Origin: Leptospirales bacterium
GTDB lineage: Bacteria; Spirochaetota; Leptospiria; Turneriellales; JAOUFE01
NCBI GenBank assembly: GCA_040326155.1
Contig: JBEQLE010000063.1
Location: 1 to 25,834 of the forward strand
Direction: 5' to 3'
DNA: 25,834 nucleotides
The notes under the pieces were generated by a model. That model made no database searches and was not told where the DNA came from. It saw only the letters and a program-made list of their open reading frames with translations. Below are positions 7,917 to 17,114 of the stretch, piece by piece (within the stretch, counting starts at the first letter, position 1; each line of letters begins with the position of its first letter). Position numbers and translations under genes: made by a program.

Positions 7917-8030
7917 TTAGTTGGCGTTCGGGACAAGGCATTTCAAAACGTCATCCAGATCAGAAAAGAGGTCTTTCAAATGACATTTCAGGTCATGCAA
8001 TGTCTCCCCTTGAGTTCTGTAATCCGGAAA
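7917..8030 (-). pseudogene. HicB-like antitoxin remnant
   Basis: Reads FPDYRTQGETLHDLKCHLKDLFSDL, which has the HicB TQGET signature. There is an in-frame upstream stop and no start codon before the motif. Confidence 0.55.
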
Positions 8031-8095
8031 ATGGAAAACATCATCAAACTAAACGCAAACGACTTGCCTGAAAACAGAGTATGTATAATATAAAT

Positions 8096-8164
8096 TTTGG
8101 AGGGTGAAAGCCTTCCCCCTCGCTCTGGCCGCCAGGCGTCCGCCGCTACCCCCTACGTTTTCTA
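8096..8164 (+). repeat. Structured dispersed repeat, copy R2 (short)
   Basis: 68/69 identical to 7074-7142. Confidence 0.9.
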
Positions 8165-8465
8165 CGGAGTGGAAATTTTCCTGACGCGTTGCTTGATGTT
8201 GGAATTAGTTCGCCGAGGGCTTTCGCCATGGCGGGAGAGTAAGTCCACCACAGCGTTCACCACAAATGAGAATCATGCACTTCGATTACAAAGCTGTCAA
8301 TGTTAGCTGACAAACTCTAGTAATACATTTTTTGAGAAAGTTTTCAAAGGAGGAGAGAGAACTTGAGGTTGTTTGTTTTGTGCATGACTCTTTTCTTCAT
8401 TATGTATTAGACCCATTTTTCTTAAAAAGGTTCCAACTTTTTTTAGGTTTTTTAAAAAAATGAAA

Positions 8466-9296
8466 TCAAGTCGTACACATCAAACAAGGAACTTCATCGT
8501 CTTCTTCATCGAGTACATCGGCGAGTACTTCGTGCAAGGGTTTGTTGGGTTTGTTTTTAGATTCACGGGCGACACGCTTTTGGTTGTCAGAAATAATTCG
8601 ATCTTTTCGAAGTAGAAGTTCATCCAACGTTTCACCCTCAACCCAGTTGTAGGTTCTGCCGTCGGAATGCTTTTGCTCGTAAGCTTTCGCCTTTTCAAAA
8701 AGATCGGGATGATTTTTCGCCAGCATCACCCACTCATATTTTCTCTGGAAAAAACAAAAATAACATCCTGACCGGCTGCGCCATTGGTAATAAGCAGGCA
8801 TGCCAATACCACTTTCATCGAGAATTCGAATGACATCTGGTTTTTCAATACCGTCATACATAAACGGATACCTTGGTCGAATGTTTGATTTTTTAGAGAT
8901 ATACCCTTCGCGATTTTCGTCGGCGCGAATTCCGACATAAGTGATGGCCTCATCATCGCCGATAAATGCCTCAAGAGGTTTAATTTTCATTTGGATAGTA
9001 CACCAGCGTTGTTGCGCCGAGGGTAAAAACCCGTTGTAGAGTTCGAGCCAGTGATCAAATCCTTTATCGGCGCTCAAGTATTCAATATGTATACCTAGTC
9101 GTGCTTTGAGTTTATCTAAAAATTCATAAGTCTCGTCGAGCTCTTTATGAGTATCGCAAAAGAAATATTCCATGTCGGGAACTTTATCATGAAGATAAAT
9201 TGCCAACGCCGCCGAGTCTTTCCCCCCGGAGAGACCGAGAACATGTCGCTGTTTTTTTTGTCTGTCTTTTTGGTATATTTTTTCGGATGCAAGCAT
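8466..9296 (-). CDS. sspD: PAPS-reductase family protein of an Ssp DNA phosphorothioation system
   Basis: PP-loop SGGKDS, RWCT, GIRADE, SRSGCYFCFFQ and a C-terminal CxxC. Lies downstream of DUF4007 and ATPase genes. Confidence 0.85.
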   Translation of the reverse strand: MLASEKIYQKDRQKKQRHVLGLSGGKDSAALAIYLHDKVPDMEYFFCDTHKELDETYEFLDKLKARLGIHIEYLSADKGFDHWLELYNGFLPSAQQRWCTIQMKIKPLEAFIGDDEAITYVGIRADENREGYISKKSNIRPRYPFMYDGIEKPDVIRILDESGIGMPAYYQWRSRSGCYFCFFQRKYEWVMLAKNHPDLFEKAKAYEQKHSDGRTYNWVEGETLDELLLRKDRIISDNQKRVARESKNKPNKPLHEVLADVLDEEDDEVPCLMCTT

Positions 9297-9299
9297 AAA

Positions 9300-12200
9300 C
9301 TACCCCTTTATAATATTATTTCGCCGGTCCGTTTCACCTTGGTCTGTCGAAGTTTCCCGAACGTGACTCAACTCATCCTTCCGGGTATTTAGTAAAACAC
9401 GATCTGCCAACAAAGACAACAGAGCTTTACTGTTTTTCTCACTTTGTAACAAATGGTTTTTATCTAATAGATGATCTAAAATCTCGTTTAATTTATCTTT
9501 ATTTTTTTCGTCCACCCAGATCACTTCATCCATCTCATTACCATCGGGTTTCGTTATTGTAATTTTTCTGGCCTCAAAACCTTCGCCCTTGTTACCTGCC
9601 CTGGTAACCAAAGTTTCAAGATTTTGAAAACGACGAGCAATTTGGGTAATATTCATTTCAAAACTATCAACATCTTCATCTTTAAAAGATTCTGCGGGTT
9701 TATCGGCAATCACCATAACCAACGCTTCCAGCCATTTTTCATCGTCTGCCCCGGTCTCTTTTGCCGCTAAAATAAACCTTTTTAACAAAGGTTCCATAGC
9801 CCCTTTTTCAAGACGGCGCGCACGTACTCGAAGCTCTTCGCGTAGTTTCTCTTTTTCGCTGCTGATACTAAAATAGTGAAAAATAAAATTAAGGCATTTA
9901 GAGAGAAGATCGCCATATGCATTTTGAATTTCAGACAAAGATTTTATCAGTTTTGTTTTAATCTCTTGAATCGTTTTCTCATCTAAGCGATTCGAAATAT
10001 CTTCGTCCTCGTTAATAAATCCTAAAGCATATGGAATCTCAGTAAATAAGAGGTAATCAGGTTCGCGTGCATTGTCAATGACTAACATCAGAGCACGACT
10101 TTCATTCGCGATATTTCTGGTTTGCCGAGTATACTTTGGCAAAGCCTTCACAAATTTAATAAACGGTTTTACCACTTGCAGCAATGATGCATTTTGCATA
10201 TCCGTTTTATTACTAACACCTGTAAAAACGGTTTCAAGTTCTTTAAAATAACTTCCTTTTAGACCGCCAATATCAAAATGTTTTACCGAAAAGTTTTCGG
10301 GTCTTTTCAGAAGTAGTTCTATCGATGCTTTACCAATAAACGGAACAAAACTGCCATTGTGGTACAAACTCAAAGAGTCGGTATTTTGAATTAATACCAG
10401 CAAAAATAGAAGGGGCATCAAAGACTCACTAACCCCATAAGGGGGCAGAGCCATATGGTCGTATAAATCTCGAAGAGTTCTAATCTTTTTCTTATTCTGT
10501 TTCAGGCAATACGCTTCCACTTCCTTCAAGGTTTTGTACAACCCGCTTTTCGACGTTGGATGTTGAAACACCCACTTTTGGTCTTGGTAAATATATATTT
10601 CATTTTGTATAAAAAGAGATTCAAAGATAGAAGTCTCAGGACCATAACCGGCCAGACCAAGCCTCTCTAAACCATGTGAGCTGAACATCGCTTCCATCAG
10701 TAACTTTTGAGCTTTCGCCCCTTGCGTTGTTAACTGGCTTCGGTGAATCAACTCATTGTGTAAAACAACACCTTTTGTATACGTCCGTTTTAAAAGATCG
10801 GAAAGAAGTGTATTCAAAGCCGATGGGGACGGAGTCTGGTATCTCTTTTTACCGTGGTAAAGCAGGGTTCGGGCAGCTAAAATATTGGCAGTTTGAAAGG
10901 TGGAATCAAGTGTCTTCTTCAACAACTTTTCGGTTATAAAAATACGTTGGTCGACCTCTTTAGCAGCGACCCGGTCTAAAGTAAGTTGCTTATTCTCAGC
11001 GCGAACCCTTTTTAAAGCGTCATACTCTAAAACAATCGAACGCAAGGAGCTTACCGTTTTGGGAACCAAACAAAGAACCGGTTTTTTTTGACTATTGAGA
11101 TCTAAAAGAGGGGTAAATTTAATCTGGTCTACATAGTACAATAACAGTCCATCTGATTTTATGGGTTCGTCGAATAGACTTTCACTGTCTATCGTCGAGT
11201 CGATAAATAACCGTTCAAAATAGCGAAGTCTACCTGTTTCATAACTATACTTTTGAGCAATCAACGGTCTCATGTAAAAATTTTCATTTAACAATTTGGC
11301 AAGCGGAGCTTTGTTGTTTTGCTTCGCCTCACTCACCGCCTTCTCAATATTAAAATCAGACCCCTGCCAGATTCTATACTCATCCAGGCCTTTACGATAT
11401 ACAATAAGACCTTTGTCTTCAAGTTCAGATAAAATACCAAGCCAATAGGCACGATCATTTTTAAGGTTCGTTTGGTCACCTTGTGTACTTGCCGGACTAT
11501 CCAAAAGAGCCAAAATCGTGAGACTCTTTTCTGACTTGAGTGCACCACCTGTAGAGAGCAGATTCAAAAGTCCGATTGTTTTAATAACATTCTGGTGGTC
11601 TAAACCAGAGTAACGAGCCTCTTCGACTTTCTCCTGAATTTCAACCCACCGTTGAAAACCGGGACGAAACCCGATACCGGACGATTCAATAAAATAGTCA
11701 TAAAGTCTATGGAGCTTCAACGAGGGCCAGTCAGAAGTATGTAAATCGTATTCATTTAAAAACATTCCCATGGAGTGAGGTTCCAAACCAGCTAAAAAAG
11801 TAAATAAAGAGCGATCATTCTGTGCAAATTTTTGACACAACAAAGGCAACAGACGAGCCGAAATCGGATGCAAAGGGTAAAGTTTTGTATAGACCTCTAA
11901 AGGAACCCCTTTAAACGCAGAATTATTCTGTAGCACTTTTTGCCAACCCAGAGTGTGAGCGGCCAATTGTTTTTGCAGTGCAGGTTTAGCCAATTCACCA
12001 GTATGTTCCATGGCGTGGGTCATAATCGAAAGGGTCTCTTCAGGACTTTCATAAAAAGGGATGTCCTCAAATCGGCCCTGGACTTTCGCCCACTCATTGC
12101 GGTGAGCCGGAGTCATGTTTCCCGCATATTCATCAAAAGCCTGGTGCAAAAGTCCAAAAAAGTAAATTTTATTATTCGTCTTTTCACCGGAGTCCACCGA

Positions 12201-12854
12201 CATCTCAGCCAACTGCTGTAAAAAATAGAGATCGCCAGAAGCCGAATCTGAAGCAGCGTACTCCAGCGTCTTTCCGAGTTCATCGACAATAAGAAGCAGG
12301 CCGCCAGCACTTTGGGATGTTTTTTGAATAAGCGTTAAAACCTCGCCTGCCTCCATGGCAGAAATATCTTTTTGTAAAACAGTTTCGAGATCTTTTAGCA
12401 AAGAAGGTTTCGCCCCCCGTTTGCCAGCAAAGTAGTTCCGAACTCCACTTTCAAGAGCTCTTAAAACCGAGACCATCACAGGCTCCCGAGAAGCTGTTAC
12501 AACCGCCCGTAAAAATCCGTTATCTGGTATTTGCTTTTCAAAATAAGAGGCCAGTGGCTTCGAAACATTTCTTAAAATAGAAATAGCATTTTTATAAACT
12601 GGCTCCGTTTTACCGGCCACAAGCGAGCTGAAAAAATGGGCAAAAGCCGACTTCCCGGTTCCATACACTCCGGTCAACGTATAGGCAGAAACAGAGCGTC
12701 TATCTTTTGCAGCCGCGACAACCCTCTCTAAAATTTCTTCACCTTTGTGGGTCACCACATAACCAAGAACGCTATCCGCCATTTGCAAGTCGCGCTCCAG
12801 ATTTACCGAGCGAGAGTACCTGCGCCGTATGTGTATCTGTTTTGATAATAACAT
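9300..12854 (-). CDS. sspC: Large P-loop ATPase of the Ssp system
   Basis: RSVNLERD, Walker A GVYGTGKS, Walker B LLIVDELGK, EWAKVQGRF, YPLHP and QNDRSLFTFL. Its start overlaps the sspB stop (TGATG). Confidence 0.85.
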   Translation of the reverse strand: MLLSKQIHIRRRYSRSVNLERDLQMADSVLGYVVTHKGEEILERVVAAAKDRRSVSAYTLTGVYGTGKSAFAHFFSSLVAGKTEPVYKNAISILRNVSKPLASYFEKQIPDNGFLRAVVTASREPVMVSVLRALESGVRNYFAGKRGAKPSLLKDLETVLQKDISAMEAGEVLTLIQKTSQSAGGLLLIVDELGKTLEYAASDSASGDLYFLQQLAEMSVDSGEKTNNKIYFFGLLHQAFDEYAGNMTPAHRNEWAKVQGRFEDIPFYESPEETLSIMTHAMEHTGELAKPALQKQLAAHTLGWQKVLQNNSAFKGVPLEVYTKLYPLHPISARLLPLLCQKFAQNDRSLFTFLAGLEPHSMGMFLNEYDLHTSDWPSLKLHRLYDYFIESSGIGFRPGFQRWVEIQEKVEEARYSGLDHQNVIKTIGLLNLLSTGGALKSEKSLTILALLDSPASTQGDQTNLKNDRAYWLGILSELEDKGLIVYRKGLDEYRIWQGSDFNIEKAVSEAKQNNKAPLAKLLNENFYMRPLIAQKYSYETGRLRYFERLFIDSTIDSESLFDEPIKSDGLLLYYVDQIKFTPLLDLNSQKKPVLCLVPKTVSSLRSIVLEYDALKRVRAENKQLTLDRVAAKEVDQRIFITEKLLKKTLDSTFQTANILAARTLLYHGKKRYQTPSPSALNTLLSDLLKRTYTKGVVLHNELIHRSQLTTQGAKAQKLLMEAMFSSHGLERLGLAGYGPETSIFESLFIQNEIYIYQDQKWVFQHPTSKSGLYKTLKEVEAYCLKQNKKKIRTLRDLYDHMALPPYGVSESLMPLLFLLVLIQNTDSLSLYHNGSFVPFIGKASIELLLKRPENFSVKHFDIGGLKGSYFKELETVFTGVSNKTDMQNASLLQVVKPFIKFVKALPKYTRQTRNIANESRALMLVIDNAREPDYLLFTEIPYALGFINEDEDISNRLDEKTIQEIKTKLIKSLSEIQNAYGDLLSKCLNFIFHYFSISSEKEKLREELRVRARRLEKGAMEPLLKRFILAAKETGADDEKWLEALVMVIADKPAESFKDEDVDSFEMNITQIARRFQNLETLVTRAGNKGEGFEARKITITKPDGNEMDEVIWVDEKNKDKLNEILDHLLDKNHLLQSEKNSKALLSLLADRVLLNTRKDELSHVRETSTDQGETDRRNNIIKG

Positions 12855-13828
12855 CAGTTATTTACCGCTATTCGAATTGGCTCTTCTTCTATTAATTCAC
12901 TATAACTGTGGCGATCACTACTGCCATAATAGCCTTGTAAAATTTCATGATAAAGATGCATGGCGGAACCTTCAAAAACCATATGGGCAACGCCAGCTTG
13001 GTTAGCGACTTTCAAGTTTTTATGCTTGGCGCTCACCTGTTCAATCGCCACTTCAATTTCAGATTCGGTAATTTTACAAACCAGACCTGGGCTCGATGTT
13101 TCATACGTAAGTTTCGTTAGTGATATAGTTTGAGCCACTTCTGCGGTTGAGCTGACATAATCCAGACACAGAGATACAATAATTTCAGCAGGCAGATTGC
13201 TCTTTTCGCCGGTATGAAATACATATTTCTTCTTCTCATAATTTTCAGGGTACTTATGTATTAGATCGAGTATTACAAAAGGTGAATCGAGGCTATCTTC
13301 TATGAATTTATCACCCACCGGGTCGGCCAAATACATTCTCAGTAAACAGTTTATATCTTTTTCTATGGATGATGTTGCAATGGGTTTTGCCGGGCCTTGC
13401 TGCTTCACGTAAAGATCTAAAGCAGTCACAGCTTCTTCGCTCGTGAAATCGCGAAAATTAAACTCATTAAAAAGATAAAACCAGGCCGTAGCTTGCTCCC
13501 CGTTTGTGGCCAATTTATAATGCAACAACCACAACGAAGCCGGGTCCTCTAAATAGGGGTCCCAACCAGTTTTGCCAAACAAGTGGTTCGCAAACGATGT
13601 GGTCTTATACCCCGCCCTGTTTTCCATCTCTTCCATAAGCCCAAACGCACTCAACCAATACCGAATGGCATTCGCCATATTCTTACCCACGCCTAGGTGA
13701 ATATGCGCCTCGTTTTTATTGTAAAAGAGGGCCGGGTCTTTTTTCACGTGGTCGAACCCTTTTTTAAGCCACCCGAAGCGGGGATGGAAAGTTTCGTGTC
13801 GTGCGAATACAGTGTGTATCTCCCCCAT
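12854..13828 (-). CDS. sspB: DUF4007 family protein (SspB nickase-like)
   Basis: FARHETF..R.GWLKKG, LGVGKNM..AIRYW and DPYLED..SLWLLHY. Start placed at the ATG at 13828 because the longer ORF starts inside repeat R3. Confidence 0.87.
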   Translation of the reverse strand: MGEIHTVFARHETFHPRFGWLKKGFDHVKKDPALFYNKNEAHIHLGVGKNMANAIRYWLSAFGLMEEMENRAGYKTTSFANHLFGKTGWDPYLEDPASLWLLHYKLATNGEQATAWFYLFNEFNFRDFTSEEAVTALDLYVKQQGPAKPIATSSIEKDINCLLRMYLADPVGDKFIEDSLDSPFVILDLIHKYPENYEKKKYVFHTGEKSNLPAEIIVSLCLDYVSSTAEVAQTISLTKLTYETSSPGLVCKITESEIEVAIEQVSAKHKNLKVANQAGVAHMVFEGSAMHLYHEILQGYYGSSDRHSYSELIEEEPIRIAVNN

Positions 13829-13924
13829 TCCAGCGATTCCAACAATATGTATAAAGCATATATTGCTGTACGTAGTTATGTATAATGTATATATCGAGAG
13901 GTCAAGCGAAATAGCACTGTTTAC

Positions 13925-14078
13925 AGGAAAGAGTGTATGTTTTGGAGGGTGAAAGCCTTCCCCCTCGCTTTGGCTTTTTTGTCGGTGTCGCATATATGCG
14001 ACACCGACAAAAAGAGCCGCCGCTACCCCCTTCGGTTTATAGTGAACATGGCTTCATGTTTGAAGTTTTTTGTGGGTT
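13925..14078 (+). repeat. Structured dispersed repeat, copy R3, carrying a perfect 38-bp palindrome (13976-14013)
   Basis: Aligns end to end with R1, except that a 10-nt segment is replaced by 42 nt containing TTTTTGTCGGTGTCGCATA|TATGCGACACCGACAAAAA. Confidence 0.9.
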
Positions 14079-14114
14079 GGGAAATTGCTTATTGTAGTTA
14101 GGTGGAATTAATAC

Positions 14115-14843
14115 TTATCGAGTTTGCCATAAATTTATTTTAAAAGTTTTACTATCATCGCCATAGGTCAGAGGTATAGCTCCTTGAATAATCTGATATT
14201 TATCGCCTTTATTCATAATATTATCATCATTCATATCAAGAACGCATAATATATTACCGTAACTTCCGGGGGAGTAAATATGCTTCTGCTGTAATGGTAG
14301 CCTTACCTGTGTCATCATATAAAACACCAACAGAATCAGCAAAACCTATATTCTGTATTTTACTTAAATCAATAGCTAAAAAAGCAGATTTGCTTATTAA
14401 ACCAGCAGCCATTTTATTTAATATAGAAGAATCAACGACAGCACTCAAGGTACTTAAAACCTGCAAATTGTTGAAATGTATCGTATTTTCTGTGACGATG
14501 CCAGTTATGATTTGACCAACATCGGTTGTATCGTCTACCCTGTTGCCATTAACATCAACTTTGATAATTATAGTATATGTATGACCAGCTATTAAACCAA
14601 CCATTGCTTTTCTATAATTGCCATATGAATCTACTTCTTCACGACTAGGTTTCAAGGAGAATGTAATTTCCGGTACTCTTAGATTCGTGGTCTCGTCAAT
14701 TGTTGTAATAGAGATTAAACCATTTGCCTTGCCACCAGAAAAACTTATATTTATTGTTGAGCCACTCGCAGGATAAACAATAAAAAATCCTCCTAAAAGT
14801 AAAATTATTACAATCGCCTAAATGAATAATTATATTTTTTCAT
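14115..14843 (-). pseudogene. Frameshifted exported/surface protein gene
   Basis: The ATG at 14843 stops after 11 codons. Another frame, open 14817-14254, begins with hydrophobic AIVIILLLGGFFIVYPAS. The C-terminus appears to continue in the frame of ORF 14115..14342. Confidence 0.6.
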
Positions 14844-14869
14844 ATTTTAATCCTTCTCATATATTTATA

Positions 14870-15370
14870 TTAGGGGCAACCACCATATAATGGCTCTGGA
14901 ACATTAGTGGTTGTCGAAACGGGTATGTCTAAATAGCAATGACTGCTACAAAAGCAACATCTAGAGCCAACCCCAGGTACGTTACACCAACAACCAGGTT
15001 TCTTAATCGTGTAGTACGTAGTAGTTACAACTTGACAAGTTCCAGAGGTTTGAACGGAAGCAGAAACAACTGATGCCGATGGGTTGCAGTCGCCGCAAGA
15101 TGTTTTAGAATCTTTTGGTATTGATGAAATTCCTACACTCGTTTGGCAGCCTAGTGCATTTACATTTGGCTCACATCTATAACCACTTTTACAGGGTGTC
15201 GATGGATCATTGTCATGATCAACGCAATCATAAAAACATTCATGTTTAGCAGTACAACCTACTATTGGTAATGTACTTGTCTCCTCCCCTCCTCCGCAAG
15301 CAGAGCTAACAATAATAGTTAATAAACTAACCAGTAATAAATTCTTTTTTAACATTAAAGTTGGGTTCAT
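14870..15370 (-). CDS. Cysteine-rich lipoprotein, unknown function
   Basis: RBS AAGGAG, signal peptide ending SSA-C-GGG, and 16 further Cys in about 140 aa. Confidence 0.75.
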   Translation of the reverse strand: MNPTLMLKKNLLLVSLLTIIVSSACGGGEETSTLPIVGCTAKHECFYDCVDHDNDPSTPCKSGYRCEPNVNALGCQTSVGISSIPKDSKTSCGDCNPSASVVSASVQTSGTCQVVTTTYYTIKKPGCWCNVPGVGSRCCFCSSHCYLDIPVSTTTNVPEPLYGGCP

Positions 15371-15413
15371 AAATAGTCTCCTTAAATTAAATAATAATTC
15401 GATATTCTAAAGC

Positions 15414-17114
15414 TTAATAATTCGATATAGGCACAAAATCTACATTTGCTAATAATATTTTATCTGAAACAGGCACTGTAAGGTTAAACTCATTTTGACC
15501 CAGCTCTAAGTTACCGCAAATAGCACCATTTAAATCAGCATTAATATGGATTTTTGATAGATCATTACTAATGAATAAATAAATTCGATAATCTTTCTTA
15601 CCACCAGGTACACCACCAGGTAGATGTTTGTAGGCGATTTGAACTGTGAAAGTCGCAGTTGCATTTTCAATTTTTTCAACAGAGAAGAAACCTCTATTGA
15701 AATTGTCAGATATCAGCGGGCGTAATGATAATATGCCATATTTACCATTTCGACTTGCGTCAGGGTAAGTAACTGTTATATTCATCTTGGTATAGCCTGT
15801 TGCTGTATCTATAACAAAAGAATTAGTTTTACTGAATGTTACAGATGGCGATGGCAAAATACTGTCAGTTACGGGAGATACTATGATTTCATCTTCACTG
15901 AAAGACTTAATCTCAAGTTCTTTAAATGGTATATTTGTAAAAGCAGAGTCGGGTATCGAAATATTACCACAAGTGGTGCATAAAGCATTCTCCCATTCAA
16001 AATGCATTATTTTTTTATCTGGTGTTAAATAATAATGCCCTTGCACCGTGACTCCAGGCTCAGCACTAGTCATCATCTCATAATTGCCGTTTCTTTTCAT
16101 ATCAACAACAACCTGCTCGCCATCGACAGTACCGGCATAGATGGTATCTTTAGTTAAGATGAAACCGGCAGATACCGTAGTGTTTTTTCCAACTTTAATT
16201 TTACGAGCAATGAAACTACCAAGAACATTACTGTCTTTGCCAAATTCAAGCTCGGCATTTTTTGCGTAAATATTTGCAATTACTAGACTGTCTTTACCGA
16301 TGTTAATTTCGATATTATCATCATGTTTAATATTTTCATCCTCTTCATCTTCATCTTCATCTTCATCATCTTTTTCTGTTTTATGTTCTGATGACACAAA
16401 AAAAGTTAAATCATTCGGATTACCTGTTGCTGTTATCAATTTAGTCTCTTTTTTTAATTTAATAGAACCTTTCACCATAACTACACAAGTGTGGAGGCAG
16501 GTCAGTGAAGAAGATTTTTCCAACTCGATACTTTCGAAAGTATACCAGCCATTGTCTAATTCTAGCGTATCGTCTTTGCTAATTTCCAGCTTTTTATAAT
16601 TACCCTCAGCTAATGGACTGTCAGCGGCAGAAACATCAGTACTGCCAATAGTGCCGATTAAAAAATCGGGGTAGCCTGGCAAGTCGCCTAGGGGATTGGT
16701 ACCGTGCTTAATTATGGCTTCAGGTGAAATTTCAAATACATTTGCTTCTAAATTGCCATCTATAATCGCATTTTTTTTAACCTTAATTTTTTCTGCTTTG
16801 AGGATATAGCCTGTACCAACATTTACATTTTCATCAATTTCGATTTTACTGCAATGCAATTCTGGTACGTCATTTTCTTCTTCGGTATTATCTTCATCAT
16901 GTAATGAGCAACCGCCAATAACATATACATTAGAATTGATGTTTGCGTTTTCTTCGATTTCTACTTCTTCTAATGCTATCATACCACTTAATATTGTAAA
17001 TTGGTTGTTGCCTGCAACAACAGTGACGCCACTAGGTACATTATCAAATTGCCCTGTTGCGTTAGAACAATTTAAAAGGAACACTACAAATAATAAAAAG
17101 ATACATTTTTTCAT
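15414..17114 (-). CDS. Lipoprotein with a predicted beta-helix region and acidic inserts
   Basis: Signal peptide MKKCIFLLFVVFLLN-C. Repeated IEI-x-E/K-N-A-x-I-x-G strands, and IYAKNAELEFGKDSNVLGSFIARKIKVG. Confidence 0.75.
   Translation of the reverse strand: MKKCIFLLFVVFLLNCSNATGQFDNVPSGVTVVAGNNQFTILSGMIALEEVEIEENANINSNVYVIGGCSLHDEDNTEEENDVPELHCSKIEIDENVNVGTGYILKAEKIKVKKNAIIDGNLEANVFEISPEAIIKHGTNPLGDLPGYPDFLIGTIGSTDVSAADSPLAEGNYKKLEISKDDTLELDNGWYTFESIELEKSSSLTCLHTCVVMVKGSIKLKKETKLITATGNPNDLTFFVSSEHKTEKDDEDEDEDEEDENIKHDDNIEINIGKDSLVIANIYAKNAELEFGKDSNVLGSFIARKIKVGKNTTVSAGFILTKDTIYAGTVDGEQVVVDMKRNGNYEMMTSAEPGVTVQGHYYLTPDKKIMHFEWENALCTTCGNISIPDSAFTNIPFKELEIKSFSEDEIIVSPVTDSILPSPSVTFSKTNSFVIDTATGYTKMNITVTYPDASRNGKYGILSLRPLISDNFNRGFFSVEKIENATATFTVQIAYKHLPGGVPGGKKDYRIYLFISNDLSKIHINADLNGAICGNLELGQNEFNLTVPVSDKILLANVDFVPISNY
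16344..16367. repeat. (TTCATC)4 in-frame microsatellite encoding DEDEDEDE
   Basis: Four perfect hexamers, plus one more at 16335-16340. Confidence 0.7.

Noticed and set aside
6950..8954. sspD fragment/sspD pair as a diversity-generating retroelement TR/VR
   Set aside because: The mismatches are not adenine-specific on either strand, are all at third codon positions, and there is no reverse transcriptase in the window.
8466..13828. BREX type 4 or cysH sulfate assimilation
   Set aside because: No pglZ/brxL and no cys genes. The DUF4007-ATPase-PAPS reductase order matches sspBCD.
13829..13993. N-terminal extension of the 379-aa ORF
   Set aside because: It starts inside the R3 palindrome and runs through repeat sequence. 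DUF4007 similarity begins just after Met56.
7058..14078. R1-R3 as a CRISPR array, integron attC sites or group II intron ends
   Set aside because: Spacing is 1-6 kb, I see no RYYYAAC/GTTRRRY core ends or recognisable domain V, and there is no cas gene, integrase or RT.
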